Below are positions 12,701 to 43,836 of a DNA stretch of 64,000 bases, in pieces. The stretch is from Macrostomum lignano (lineage: Eukaryota). The position numbers and the translations under genes are program-made. Location: NCBI GenBank assembly GCA_002269645.1, contig NIVC01001537.1:124001-188000 (forward strand). Reading direction: 5' to 3'. The notes beneath the pieces are model-generated. The model was not told where the DNA came from, searched no databases, and saw nothing but the letters and a program-made list of their open reading frames with translations. The stretch's first letter is position 1, and each line of letters starts with the position of its first letter.

Positions 12701-13066
12701 CTGGCCAGAGAACAGTCCTCGCCGGCCCAGGTAGATCAGATTGGGCCCGATCTCGCAGCCACTTGGATCGGGCACCAGAGCATTGGCCCATTCAGGCAGA
12801 GGCGACACCACATAAGTCGTCAGTGGCGCTTTGGTGGCGCCGCTAATGTAACGCTTAATCACTTCGACGCCCGGACCAGATTCGGCGCCGAAAAAATCGC
12901 CAACGCAGAATAGCATGGCAAATTTGGCTCCAGATTTTTTCTGAGCCCTCAAGCAGCGCTTGTAGACATCGTCTAAGCGACCGCCTACGCTGCCACTGAT
13001 TAGCAGCTTAACTGGCTCCGACATGTTGGCTGCAATTTCCAATAGTAGCTTTGGATTTGGTGCCAT
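6748..13066 (-). CDS. CWF19L1: CWF19-like protein 1 (splicing/debranching associated); exons 13066-12673, 10685-10170, 7526-6748, about 562 aa
   Basis: N-terminal metallophosphatase-like region (LLISGSVGG...MLFCVGDFFG), middle GVDLLLTCAWP and LRPRYH..FERLPYRNH motifs, and C-terminal CwfJ domain (CWFCLGNPEV...YLALARGPL..HVIALPIGH; HAQLHCIPVP). GT/AG sites give phases 1 and 1 and total 1689 nt in frame. Start could be the second Met at 13024. Confidence 0.93.
7585..10140. repeat. Compound 21-bp (cagttgctgtctacagctgac) and 23-bp (cagctgaccaatataaacatcta) minisatellites filling CWF19L1 intron 2
   Basis: Tandem units share the tacagctgac core; the array switches unit at about 7900. Confidence 0.95.
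10697..12640. repeat. 23/28-bp minisatellite (gggagggtagcaactggagcatc) filling CWF19L1 intron 1
   Basis: Tandem unit with a 5-bp insertion variant and higher-order duplicated blocks. Confidence 0.95.
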
Positions 13067-13090
13067 TCGGAGAGTTTTTGTGGTTCACAT

Positions 13091-13610
13091 GGATCTACTG
13101 CCTCTTGTGATGCTGACCGGATCTACTGCCTCTTGTGATGCTGACTGGATCTACTGCCTCTTGTGATGCTGACTGGATCTACTGCCTCTTGTGATGCTGA
13201 CTGGATCTACTGCCTCCTGTGATGCTGATTGGATCTACAGTCTCCTGTGATGCTGATTGGATCTACAGTCTCCTGTGATGCTGACTGGATCTACAATCTC
13301 CTGTGATGCTGATTGGATCTACTGCCTCTTGTGATGCTGACTGGATCTATTGCCTCTTGTGATGCTGACTGGATCTACAGTCTCCTGTGATGCTGATTGG
13401 ATCTATTGCCTCATTGTGATGCTGACTGGATCTACTGCCTCCTGTGATGCTGACTGGATCTACTGCCTCTTGTGATGCTGATTGGATCTATAGTCTCCTG
13501 TGATATTAATTTACAGTTTCCTGTGATGCTAATTTGATCTATAGTCTCTTGTGATGCTAATTGGATTTATAGTCTCTTGTTATCTTGATTGAATCTACAC
13601 TCTCCTATGA
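13091..13610. repeat. 28-bp minisatellite (ggatctactgcctcttgtgatgctgact)
   Basis: Period 28 (13091 to 13119), degenerating to the right; starts about 25 nt upstream of the first CWF19L1 ATG. Confidence 0.9.
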
Positions 13611-13617
13611 TGCTGAT

Positions 13618-13899
13618 CATACATGCGCAACCTCCAAAATTCGGTCGGCCATGCAACTTAGTTTTAACAAAAATGCGACATAGTTTTTGGCCAAAATGTA
13701 ACTTACATGTAAAAGAAACCCTAAAGCAAAATTAATGCAACTTTGGGTACTATAACTGTGTTATTAAGGCAAAATGCCTCATCATCTACTTAGTACTACT
13801 TGGGTATTAATTCAGGTGGCCATTTTTGCAATTTACCTTGGTTGGCCGCCAAATTAGTCAGCTGAATTGGCCGACTCAGACAACTATTGCGCATGTATG
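13618..13899. mobile_element. 282-bp non-autonomous hAT-type MITE
   Basis: Perfect 13-bp TIRs CATACATGCGCAA (13618-13630) and TTGCGCATGTATG (13887-13899), with an 8-bp TSD ATGCTGAT at 13610-13617 and 13900-13907. An 8-bp TSD is typical of hAT. Confidence 0.85.
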
Positions 13900-15912
13900 A
13901 TGCTGATTTGAGCTAGAGTCTTTGAGCTATATAAGGTGGTAAAGTCTAGTGATGCTGATTGATAAAGTCTAGTAAAGTCAAGATAAAAATCTGGCAGATT
14001 ATAGACCAATAAAACCATTTTCTTTTTTTTAATATAGATTTGAATTACCATAATTTTTCAATATTTTGGACCTATAAAAGTCAAAGTACAAAGTCATTAT
14101 AAACAAAATTAGCAATTTTATCAAATATATATTTTTGAACAGCTAAATAAATTAGGCCTTTACAAAAAGTCTAACTTTTCTGTATAGTATCTACTTAGAA
14201 CTACTTAAAAAGTCTTTATTAAAATAATCTTCAAAGCTTGGAAACATAAGCCTTAATTTTAATTTAACTCAAATTTTGAGGTTTTTTATAGGCCCTAATA
14301 TAATAGGCTTGCATTAGAAATAGAAATTATAATATAGGCATATATATTTAGAATTTTAGTGCCTTATACTTTTTTTCATTTTTATATATGGAAAATGATA
14401 CAAATTTTATTGGTAAATATTATAGATTCTTAGATATAGACATCTATATTTACAAATTTGCTAGTCCTATATATATATACTTCATAAAAAATCTAAAATA
14501 AATAAATAAATAAATAATATTAGGCCTAATAGATCCTAGGCCTAATTTATATATAGTCAAGTTGATGAAATAAAAGATGTTTAAGCCTAATATAATTATA
14601 GTGCCAATTTTATAAATTGTAGTCTGTATAAAAGGTAGAGACTAAGTGCTAGAACTTGTGTTTTAATTTTCTGTTAAATGAATTATATGTAGGCCTATAT
14701 TACTTGAAATAGCTTTTAATCACTAAATCAGACTTACAAATTATTAGTTAACAAAAATTATTTTACCAGGACAAACAGCCATTTTATAGGATAGGTAGTT
14801 ATTAGGCAAATAATTAATTCTAGGATTTCATAACCATTTTACCCAACCGACCTATCAATCATGCCATGCGTGCGTGCGTGCAGATTTTCCAACATAAATT
14901 TTTCCTTCGAACAAATAATTCAAACAAAAAATGATTTCATGCTTTGGGATGCTTTCCTTACTCTGACGTCATATTCAGTTTTCAAATTTTATAAGCAAAA
15001 ATTTTCTGTCCTAAAGAAAAAACATTGGCACGAATACACATTGTGTCAAAAGACGAATTCAGTTAGTTGCACCCCTTGCACAATTTGGAAGCATGCAAAT
15101 ATCTCGGGAAATACAAAAGGCAATCATGTGTCTAAGATGTCACTGCAAAGCTGAGACATACGTCAAGAAGTGATAAAAGAACCAACCTGTTCACAGAGCC
15201 AATGATTGAAGGATAGAGACGCAGCGATAAAAAATCAAAGTTTTAGTTGATCAACGATCTTCAACCAATTATTTAAGATCAATTGGACTGGGCCGGTTTC
15301 GTAGTCGGCTTTCGGACTCTCTCTCTCCGCGGGTTTCAACATCTTGTACTGCATACACATGCACGAATGCGGAGTTGACGAAGTGACCACCATTTTTGGG
15401 CTTCGCAATTGGCAATTGACGATGGGACCAAAGTTTAAGAGGTCTACTAAATTGATTGGCCCTGGTTGACGAAGTGACCGAGAGCAAATGGCTCTGTCCT
15501 TGATGGCCAACCCCCCCCCCCTTAGCAAACAGTGTAGAAGTGTACATGTCTAACGATAAATAAATTTAGGGCCTCTGTACACTCCTTTGTGAATGTGTGC
15601 CTGTGTGTATAACTGCGTAATTGTTGCATGTGCCTGCTCAGGGGAGTCGGTGGAATGGATTAGTTAGTAACACACGTTTCCGGCTTTAATTTTACTTGAT
15701 ACTAGCCTGTCTAAAGGCTCAATTAGCAAATGCTTTGAATTGACTTTAAAAAAGTATTATAAAATTGTATTATACTCAGCAACAGTCAAAGTTCCCCCTT
15801 CCAAGCAAGATGAATTTTTTTTACTATTGCGAGTGACGCAACAATTAAAATTACTTACCCACGAGCAAAGCTTAATCGCCACTTGGGGTGGTTTGGGTCC
15901 GCTAGCTTAATG

Positions 15913-16200
15913 GTCCAAGATCACAACGCGCCGCCACACCGAGCGATGCTGTTAGTCAACTGAAAGAACAGCTACAGCCGCGCACTCTACGCTGGCATTC
16001 CCGATCCCCAGACATGAATCCCATCGAGCATGTTTGGGACTTCCTAAAATTCTGCATTCGAAACGAAAATCCACTAAAGCAGAATGTTGCGCTTTGCAGC
16101 AGCTTTACCACCAGGACTTTCTGCGGCCGCCTCATCCTGGGGATGCACCGCAGAGTCGCCGCACTTCTGCGTGAGAGGGGATCCCACACGCGTTATGGAG
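15913..16200 (+). pseudogene. Tc1/mariner transposase C-terminal relic
   Basis: Reads QDHNAPPHRA, then a frameshift, then ...RWHSRSPDMNPIEHVWDFLK...GMHRRVAALLRERGSHTRY. These match the Tc1 motifs QDNAPxH, SPDLNPIEHVW and the GGxTxY end. No N-terminus or TIRs seen. Confidence 0.85.
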
Positions 16201-16868
16201 AATCGCGATTATTGCGTAAAATTATTTTGTGCGACTGACGTTTATTACGAGTATTGATACCAACTTTCCATTCCTCGCGGCGGCTATAGTTGCGTAACTG
16301 GAGGGTTGAATTGTGAGTAAGAAGTTGTCGCAAAACGTGAGAAAATTTTCATCTCGCTTGGAGCGTGGACCTTTTGACTGTTGCTGAGTACTAGTATGTT
16401 GCTGGGTTTATGTACTTTTCTTACACTTCACTTCACGAGTTTGGCGGGGACTGTAGTTAGTTTGAGCTTGTTTTGTAAAAAGAAAAAGTTACACCCTAAT
16501 TTTAGGCGAGGGAGAGCGGAGACACAATTGAAACATGATTGGATCATCTTCTTAGTGAATTGTGTGCATGCGAGCACTCAGCGTACATTTGGAATTACTC
16601 CATTGGTTGATGCTATCAAATAAAGCTGGCCGAGGGTCTCCAACCAATCACAAGAGAGAATGGAATTACGATTCCTATTAACCAAGCTGGCAAGGAATAC
16701 GTACATCTGGTGAGACTATAAAGTAAAACCGACATGCACACTCCAGATGACTCATTTAATTGCAAAAGGTTGCAGAATATATGTATATATACTTAACACT
16801 AAATTCGGATCAGAGCTGGATCGTCTGCTTGTCTAAAGTCGCACTATAATTTGTAGCAAAAAATCATC

Positions 16869-19800
16869 ATGACTGTCTCTTTAGCCAAGTTAGTTATGAT
16901 CGTTTTCAGCATTTTCTACTTGCTTCTGGGAACGACCTGTCTCGGTCTGGGAATTTGGATTGTAGTCAGCAAGAGCGAGCTGTTTCGCTTCATCAACGTG
17001 ATTAACCATGCAGAGATTAGTTCGGCAGCCAATCAGCATGGACTCTTTCTTGCCGCCGGCTATATTCTGATTATCACTGGTTCATCGATGCTTCTGGTTG
17101 GTTGCTGCGGCTACTGCGGCGCTATTAAGGAATCGAAGCACTTGCTTGCTTGGGTGAGCAACGATCATTTTAAAATTATGTAAAATTTGTCTTTCTTCAG
17201 TCTAATTTTTAGAGACTTATAAATTTTGAGTTTAGAGGCTCCCCTACTGTCATGGCATTGGTAGGAATTTCAAGGCTCCCAATAGTTAGTGATTTAGGAC
17301 ACCCTACCCTATAATTTTATTGTGATCTGAGGCTCTCAGTTTGTGATTTGAGGCTCTCTATACTGCTACTAGTTGTGTTTTGAGGCTCTTTTTTGTTTGG
17401 TTGTGATTTGAGGCTCTCTATACTGCTACTAGTTGTGATCTGGGGCTCTTAGTTTGTGACTTGAGGCTCTCTATACTGCTACTAGTTGTGTTTTGAGGCT
17501 CTTTTTTGTTTGGTTGTGATTTGAGGCTCTCTATACTGCTACTAGTTGTGATCTGGGGCTCTTAGTTTGTGACTTGAGGCTCTCTATACTGCTACTAGTT
17601 GTGATTTGAGGCTCTATACTGCTACTAATTGTGATTTGAGGCTCTTTTTGTTTGGCTGTGATTTGAGGCTCTCTACTGTTTGACTGTGATTCGGTGTTCT
17701 CTAGTTCGTATACAGCTATTGAGTTGACTCTTGAGGCTCTCTTACACGAGCTTATACTGCTATTGGTCATGATTCAAGCCTCTATAGTCTGGACTATAGA
17801 GAACTGTCTCTCAGCCCACAGTCTGCTGACCAGCCCTCTCGTCTTTTCTCTGAACGCATCGGCGTTAGAGCGAGCAAACGAAGCTTTGTTTTTCTTCGTT
17901 TTCTATAAGCTTTTTTAGAAGCTTCTTTTTTTCTATAAAGCTTTTTTAAGCTTCTTTTTTATAATCTTTTATAAATACGAATGAAATAGTATATAATAAA
18001 TTGGTTTGGCTAAACCGAAAATTTTCCTTCGCCCCCACCTGTTCACAGTACGTAATCCTGATGGGCCTGGGCCTGGGAGTTGAAGTAGCCGTGGCCGTCA
18101 TTGCCGGAGTATTCCAGAACCACATCCGCACCTCATCCGAATTGGGCATGTTCGACCTGCAGGACAGGATGTTCGTTGCTATGCCTGACTATCAAAATGG
18201 ACAGATCAGCGAGGATAAGAAGACTGTCACTATGCTTATCAACTATCTGCAGATTAAGGTTTGTGCTACTTTCACTATTGTCATTTGGTTAAAAGCTCTA
18301 ATGCCCCATTGAGAGCCAGATGCAAGCAGACCTACTCTTGATAGTCAGATGCAAGCAGACCTACTCTTGATAGTCAGATGCTAGCAGACCTACTCTTGAT
18401 AGTCAGATGCTAGCAGACCTACTCTTGATAGTCAGATGCTAGCAGACCTACTCTTGATAGTCAGATGCTAGCAGACCTACTCTTGATAGTCAGATGCTAG
18501 CAGACATACTTGATAGTCAGATGCTAGCAGACCTACTCTTGATAGTCAGATGCTAGCAGACCTACTCTTGATAGTCAGATGCTAGCAGACATACTCTTGA
18601 TAGTCAGATGCTAGCAGACCTACTCTTGATAGTCAGATGCTAGCAGACCTACTCTTGATAGTCAGATGCTAGCAGACCTACTCTTGATAGTCAGATGCTA
18701 GCAGCCTGTGGTATCAATACCATTTATCAGCGGTACACCTCCAGTTCGAGTGCTGCGGCGCCGTGGTCCCAGGCGACATCGCTTTAAGCAGCAGCTTTCT
18801 CGAGTCCAACGGCAGCTACGACGGTCGCCAGCTGACCTTTCCTGTCACCTGCTGCCAGGTGCGCCAAGATCAAAAGCCAGCCGTCCTCAACAGCAGAGGC
18901 AGCATCTTTGACTCGTTGGACAGGCTTAACAGCACTCTGGTTGATGCGGACTGTCCGTTCACTGGCAATACTCTGCACACCAAGGTGAGAGATTAAACTG
19001 ATTTTAATATGGCAGCTTCATCCATTATCGATAGAGCTAACTAACAATATTCCCGCTTCGTCTCCAACTTCCAGACCTGCATTTCAAGTATTGTCAGTTT
19101 TTCCAACCGGCACGCTGTCCCCATCATCGTTATCGCCAGCTTGGTCGCCTTTTGTGAGGTGAGCTGTTCTCTGGAACTACTGAGTCTGTTCTGTTGCATA
19201 GTGACTGTGTCTGAAAGCGGGTGATGGATTATGTCTGAAAGCGGGTGACTGTGTCTGAAAGCGGGTGATTGTGTCTAAAAGCGGGTGATTGTGTCTGAAA
19301 CCGGGTGATTGTGTCTGAAAGCGAGTGATTGTGTCTGAAAGCGGGTGATTGATTGTGTCTGAAAGCGGGTGATTGATTGTGTCTGAAAGCGGGTGATTGT
19401 GTCTGAAACCGGGTGATTGTGTCTGTAAGCGGGTGATTGTGTCTAAAAGCGGGTGATTGTGTCTGAAACCGGGTGATTGTGTCTGAAAGCGGGTGATTGT
19501 GTCTAAAAGCGGGTGATTGTGTCTGAAACCGGGTGATTATGTCTGAAAGCGGGTGACTGTGTCTGAAAGCGGGTGATTGTGTCTAAAAGCGGGTGATTGT
19601 GTCTGAAACCGGGTGATTGTGTCTAAAAGCGAGTGATTGTGTCTGAAAGCGGGTGATTGATTGTGTCTGAAAGCGGGTGATTGTGTCTGAAACCGGGTGA
19701 TTGTGTCTGAAAGCGGGTGATTGTGTCTAAAAGCGGGTGATTGTGTCTGAAAGCGGGTGATTGATTGTGTCTGAAAGCGAGTGATTGTGTCTGAAAGCGG

Positions 19801-20559
19801 GTGATTGTGTCTGAAAGCGGGTGATTGTGTCTAAAAGCGGGTGATTGTGTCTGAAAGCGGGTGATTGTGTCTGAAACCGGGTGATTGTGTCTGAAAGCGG
19901 GTGATTGTGTCTAAAAGCGGGTGATTGTGTCTAAAAGCGGGTGATTGTGTCTGAAAGCGGGTGATTGTGTCTGAAACCGGGTGATTGTGTCTGAAAGCGG
20001 GTGATTGTGTCTAAAAGCGGGTGATTGTGTCTAAAAGCGGGTGATTGTGTCTGAAAGCGGGTGATTGTGTCTAAAAGCGGGTGATTATGTCTGAAAGCGG
20101 GTGATTGTGTCTGAAAGCGGGTGATTGTGTCTGAAAGCGGGTGATTGTGTCTGAAAGCGGGTGATTGTGTCTAAAAGCGGGTGATTATGTCTGAAAGCGG
20201 GTGACTGTGTCTGAAAGCGGGTGACTGTGTCTGAAAGCGGGTGATTGTGTCTGAAAGCGGGTGATTGTGTCTGAAAGCGGGTGACTGTGTCTGAAAGCGG
20301 GTGATTGTGTCTGAAACCGGGTGATTGTGTCTGAAAGCGGGTGATTGTGTCTGAAAGCGGGTGATTGTGTCTGAAACCGGGTGATTGTGTCTGAAAGCGG
20401 GTGATTGTGTCTGAAACCGGGTGATTGTGTCTGAAAGCGGGTGATTAACCGTGTCTGAAAGCCCGTCTTACCAGAGTTTTCCTATCATTGCAGGTGATTG
20501 GCGTGGTTATCGCATGCTGCCTGATCCGCGATATCAACTCGAAGCGATTGGTTGTTTGA
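16869..20559 (+). CDS. Tetraspanin; exons 16869-17153, 18049-18258, 18745-18984, 19075-19158, 20494-20559, 294 aa
   Basis: Four TM helices, GCCGYCGAIKESK motif, and EC2 with CCG and PVTCC. All introns are GT-AG and phase 0, total 885 nt. AATAAA at 20716. Confidence 0.93.
17330..17690. repeat. Degenerate ~32-bp minisatellite (gtgatttgaggctctctatactgctactagtt), tetraspanin intron 1
   Basis: Tandem unit read directly. Confidence 0.8.
18315..18705. repeat. 29-bp minisatellite (cagatgctagcagacctactcttgatagt), tetraspanin intron 2
   Basis: Tandem unit read directly. Confidence 0.92.
19200..20460. repeat. 20-bp minisatellite (gggtgattgtgtctgaaagc), tetraspanin intron 4
   Basis: Tandem unit read directly. 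Confidence 0.95.
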
Positions 20560-20845
20560 CAGTGCGCAAAACAAATCAACATTGAAATTAACCAAAGTTT
20601 AAATACTGTTTTTACGTCTGGACTGTCAAGAAAATCTGTTTTGATTGAATTTGAATTAATCGTGTTTTATTGATAAATAATCGATTTTTATGTTGCTATT
20701 AATTAATAATGTACTAATAAAAGAGTCAATCAAAACATACTTCGTATGCTTCGTATATTAGAAAAAAATTTTTGTCTTCATTTGATTTTTATTTTCTACG
20801 GTCCAGTTATGGCATTAAAAAAGCTGATAGAAAGGCTGCTCTCCT

Positions 20846-21442
20846 CTAGAAGCAGCGCCACCAGTAGCTGTAGCAGGGGAAACCCGGAGCCACGTCTTGC
20901 CGACCGCGGCGAAGGCGACTGCCGACCACCCAGAGGCCGCCGGCTCTGCCACCGCCATCACCGACTTCGCGTCGACCTCCGCCGCCTCCGCCGCAGTGCA
21001 GTCTGACATATCGGTCGTATTTTTGCTCCACCGACAGTCTGGCATCGAACAGATCCTGCGACAGCCGAGCCGGTCGTGTGGTGCGACTAAAGCTCTTCTT
21101 CTGCTGCTGCTGTTGCTGCTGCTGCTGCTGGTGTTGCTGCTGCTCCTGGGGTGGTGTTGACGGGGTCGGTGGAGGTGGCGGCTGCAGCTCATTCGGCGGA
21201 TGTGCCCAGCGAAACCCACTCTGAGCAATCAACGGCGGCAGAGGAGCCGGCAGAGGTGGCGGCGGCGGCGGCGGCAGTCTGCGCAGAGGCCGCTGACCAA
21301 GAGCAGCCAGTGCTGATCGCCAATCGACCCCGACCAGCTCTGCTCGGCCTCCGCTTCGGTTTCCGCTTCCGCTTCCGTCTATTCCAATTTTTCTGCTTCT
21401 GATCTGGCCATTCTGTTCCGCTGTGTGAACGCCTGATAACAT
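20846..21442 (-). CDS. Hypothetical Pro/Gln/Gly-rich protein or terminal exon (possible acceptor at 21432)
   Basis: 198-aa GC-rich ORF with poly-P, poly-Q and a non-repetitive core (LFDARLSVEQKYDRYVRLHC). AATAAA on the minus strand at about 20788-20793. No family recognised. Confidence 0.5.
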   Translation of the reverse strand: MLSGVHTAEQNGQIRSRKIGIDGSGSGNRSGGRAELVGVDWRSALAALGQRPLRRLPPPPPPPLPAPLPPLIAQSGFRWAHPPNELQPPPPPTPSTPPQEQQQHQQQQQQQQQQKKSFSRTTRPARLSQDLFDARLSVEQKYDRYVRLHCGGGGGGRREVGDGGGRAGGLWVVGSRLRRGRQDVAPGFPCYSYWWRCF

Positions 21443-21889
21443 GCTTTTAATAGAATATCTAAATCTAAATCTAATGGCGAAGTTTTAATACATAGTATAG
21501 TCAGCTTCTTCACTGCATCTCCAACAGTTGACTCAATCTTGTAGACTATTTATGCATTAAAGGAGCCAATCGCGTACCAACAGCATTCATAGGAGCAGTT
21601 TTTAATTTTAGCCATCCATATCAAGATAAGTTGAAGTTTACCATAATGTTCACGCTCACAATGGATGCCAAATTTAAGCGAGAGGCTCACCGCTTCTCGC
21701 GTTTCTAATAGAATACCCGCGCCACAAGCCAGACCCGGAAGACGCCATTATATTGGGCTTGATCAACAGCTTGAGCCAGTGGAAGCGCATTTCAGGGGGG
21801 AGTTCACTCTTCACTGCACTGCGCAATCAACTTGCGCAGAAGAGCAACTTTGCCTCTCTCTTCTTCAACTAAAATACTTTCTTAACACT

Positions 21890-22350
21890 TGATGTTCGCC
21901 TCTCCCTACCCGCCTCTCCCTACCCGCCTCTCCCTACCCGCCTCTCCCTACCGGCCTCTTCCTCCCTGCCTCTCCCTACCCGCCTCTCCCTACCCGCCTC
22001 TCCCTACCCGCCTCTTCCTACCCGCCTCTTCCTACCCGCCTCTCCCTACCCGCCTCTCCCTACCCGCCTCTCCCTACCCGCCTCTTCCTCCCTGCCTCTT
22101 CCTCCCTGCCTCTCCCTACCTGCCTCTCCCTACCCGCCTCTGCCTACCCGCCTCTCCCTACCCGCCTCTTCCTCCCTGCCTCTTCCTCCCTGCCTCTCCC
22201 TACCTGCCTCTCCCTACCCGCCTCTCCCTACCCGCCTCTCCCTACCCGCCTCTCCCTACCCGCCTCTCCCTACCCGCCTCTTCCTACCCGCCTCTGCCTA
22301 CCCGCCTCTCCCTACCGGCCTCTCCCTACCCGCCTCCCTACCCGCCTGTC
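21890..22350. repeat. 14-bp pyrimidine-rich minisatellite (cctctccctacccg)
   Basis: Tandem unit read directly. Confidence 0.9.
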
Positions 22351-23229
22351 CCTCCCACTAATCACAGTGGCACCGAAATAAACAAATTAAATTTCGACTC
22401 TCTAGAAAGCGTAAGTCAATGAATTGTGACAATGATCCAGTTAGTTTAGAATCATTAAAGGTTACCTCTTCAGCGTCAGCAACTGTCACATCGTATATTC
22501 AAATTGAATACAGTCAGTTTAGTTTTTTAGCCACTATAATAGAGGGGTTCAATAGGTATGATAGAGGGGGCATTTCAGTTAGGGCACAACAGTTACATCA
22601 TTGACATCGGAGTAAACATGGCAACCGAGGTGTGCACACATTGGGAATAATATAATTAAAACATTTATAAATAATAGTGAATAATTAAATTCGCTTTTTA
22701 CCTACTCGCAGTAGTTTATAAGTATAACAATAGCACAGAAGCGATTTTCATGCACATATTAAACACATAAAAAGCACTTAGTCTTCTGCGACTCTGACGA
22801 CTTTTTGACGGCTTGTACCCGTGACATTTCGTCGTTTTTGAGTCGTCTAGAGTTGCTTCTTTCCTATTATAAACAAAAGCACTGCAAACTTTAACCAGCT
22901 TTTTATCAGACACATGGTTAAAAATTTACAAACAAAAAATGCTTTAGAAAGCTAAAACAATACGTTTTCGGGATATGAACAATTATTTATGCGCGCTATG
23001 CGATAGAATAGTTGCTAAAACATTGTCGTACTACTATTAGTAAATTAAATCTAACAGTTTGCTAGAATTTTTTGTTCTACAACAAAAAACTGAGACGGTG
23101 TACTAAAAAAGCGGGCTTGATTGTTTCAGAACAATAAATAAATATATTGAGTGTGAAGAGTTGGAATCCCAGTTGCTAGGCTGATGGGATTACCGGATTA
23201 GCGCTATCTGGCCTGGCTGGCTGTCTGAG

Positions 23230-42393
<19,164 letters not shown>

Positions 42394-43364
42394 TCGGGCA
42401 GCCTGTAGTATCCGGGGGGGTCTCCTACGATTGCTTCTTACGAGGTAGAAGAGAAGACAACTATGTTGAGTCTGGCTGAGAGGCTGAGCAAGTCAATGCT
42501 GGCAGGTAGGCAGGCCTCCCTAGTCTTGTTGGCGCTCTGCAGCCAGCCCAGCCCAGCCTGACCAACCGCCTCCTCCATGAGCCACGAGGCCAGTGAGGGA
42601 GCCAGACTGCCGGCTGCGTCAGAGGCCAGAACGAATTTGATTGGCTGGGACTTGAGAGACTTTCTCTCACTGCCGCTGCATGCAGTCCCCCCCGGCTGAG
42701 CAATGACAGTCAAACGGAATTGCATTCTCTTTTTGCGTTTGGCTTTCAATATCAATTGAAAGATCAGCTTTGTCCCTGTGGTGCTGATATTTTCTTATTA
42801 TTACTCTCTGGCTAGCTAGAATAATCCCCAGATTAGCTTTTTGGTAATCTGACGCCGCCTTTGTCTCACCTGAACTGCTAAGCTAGCCTTGTCACCTTGA
42901 GCTAAGCAAGATTAGCATTCGTAATAAAATAAAATGAATTATGAATTAACTTTGGATCGAGGCTAAAATTCGCCTAATTGAGTGAGTCAGCCGGGGTCAT
43001 GTGGGGCCACCAATATTTAATTTGCAATCCCTAAACAAGTAGTTTTTTAGCCCACTAGACAGTGGCAGAAGCGATAATTTTACTAGTAAGTTAAGCTGTG
43101 CTGGTCCTGGTTAGTTAGCAGCTGATCGAAGCTTACACGTTGTAAATAGTGAGTAATATTAGTTAGAGAATAACTTACAGAAAAAATAGAAATACCAAGT
43201 AGACTACTTAGACTATTAGTAGCGGCAGCAATTTGCGTTTTATCCAACCAGCCTGGAGATTTCTTGCTTGTCTTTCAGATGCGTTCACTGGAATTTGCTA
43301 TCTAAATTGACTGCTGCACCCCATTCAGAGCGGGTCGGACGTGAGGGAGCCATCCACTCACAGG

Positions 43365-43730
43365 AGTGAGGTAGGTGGAGAAGGGAGGTGGGTGGAGGAG
43401 TGAGGTGGGCGGAGGAGTGAGATTGGTGGAGGAGTGAGGTTGGTGGAGGAGTGAGGTTTGTGGAGGAGTGAGGTGGGTGGAGGAGTGAGGTGGGTGGAGG
43501 AGTGAGGCGGGCGGAGGAGTGAGGTGGGTGAAGGAGTGAGGTTGGTGGAGGTTCACTCCTCCACCCATCTCACTCCACCCACCTCACTCCTCCACTTACC
43601 TCACTACTCCACCCACCTTACTCCTACGCCCACCTCACTCCTCCACCCACCTCACTCCTCCACCCACCTTACTTCTCCACCCACCTCACTCCTCCACCCA
43701 CCTCACTCCTCCACTAGCCTCACTCATCCA
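43365..43730. repeat. Palindromic pair of 17-bp minisatellite arrays (G-rich arm, then C-rich arm; axis about 43551)
   Basis: (gaggtgggtggaggagt)n is followed immediately by (ctcactcctccacccac)n. Confidence 0.88.
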
Positions 43731-43836
43731 GCAGCCGCCGCATTCCACAATCCTCTACATTTAACAATTAAAAACTAAGTCTGCTCAACACGCAGCTCAA
43801 AAGCACAAGCAGACGTATGAGTATTGTACGAGCTAC

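Noticed and set aside
10066-12791. Several 300-800-aa ORFs (ATLPMLQLLPSRC repeats)
   Set aside because: Intronic repeat translations; only 10685-10170 is a real CWF19L1 exon.
14000-14850. Very AT-rich island
   Set aside because: No ORF, TIR or repeat structure found; treated as ordinary intergenic DNA.
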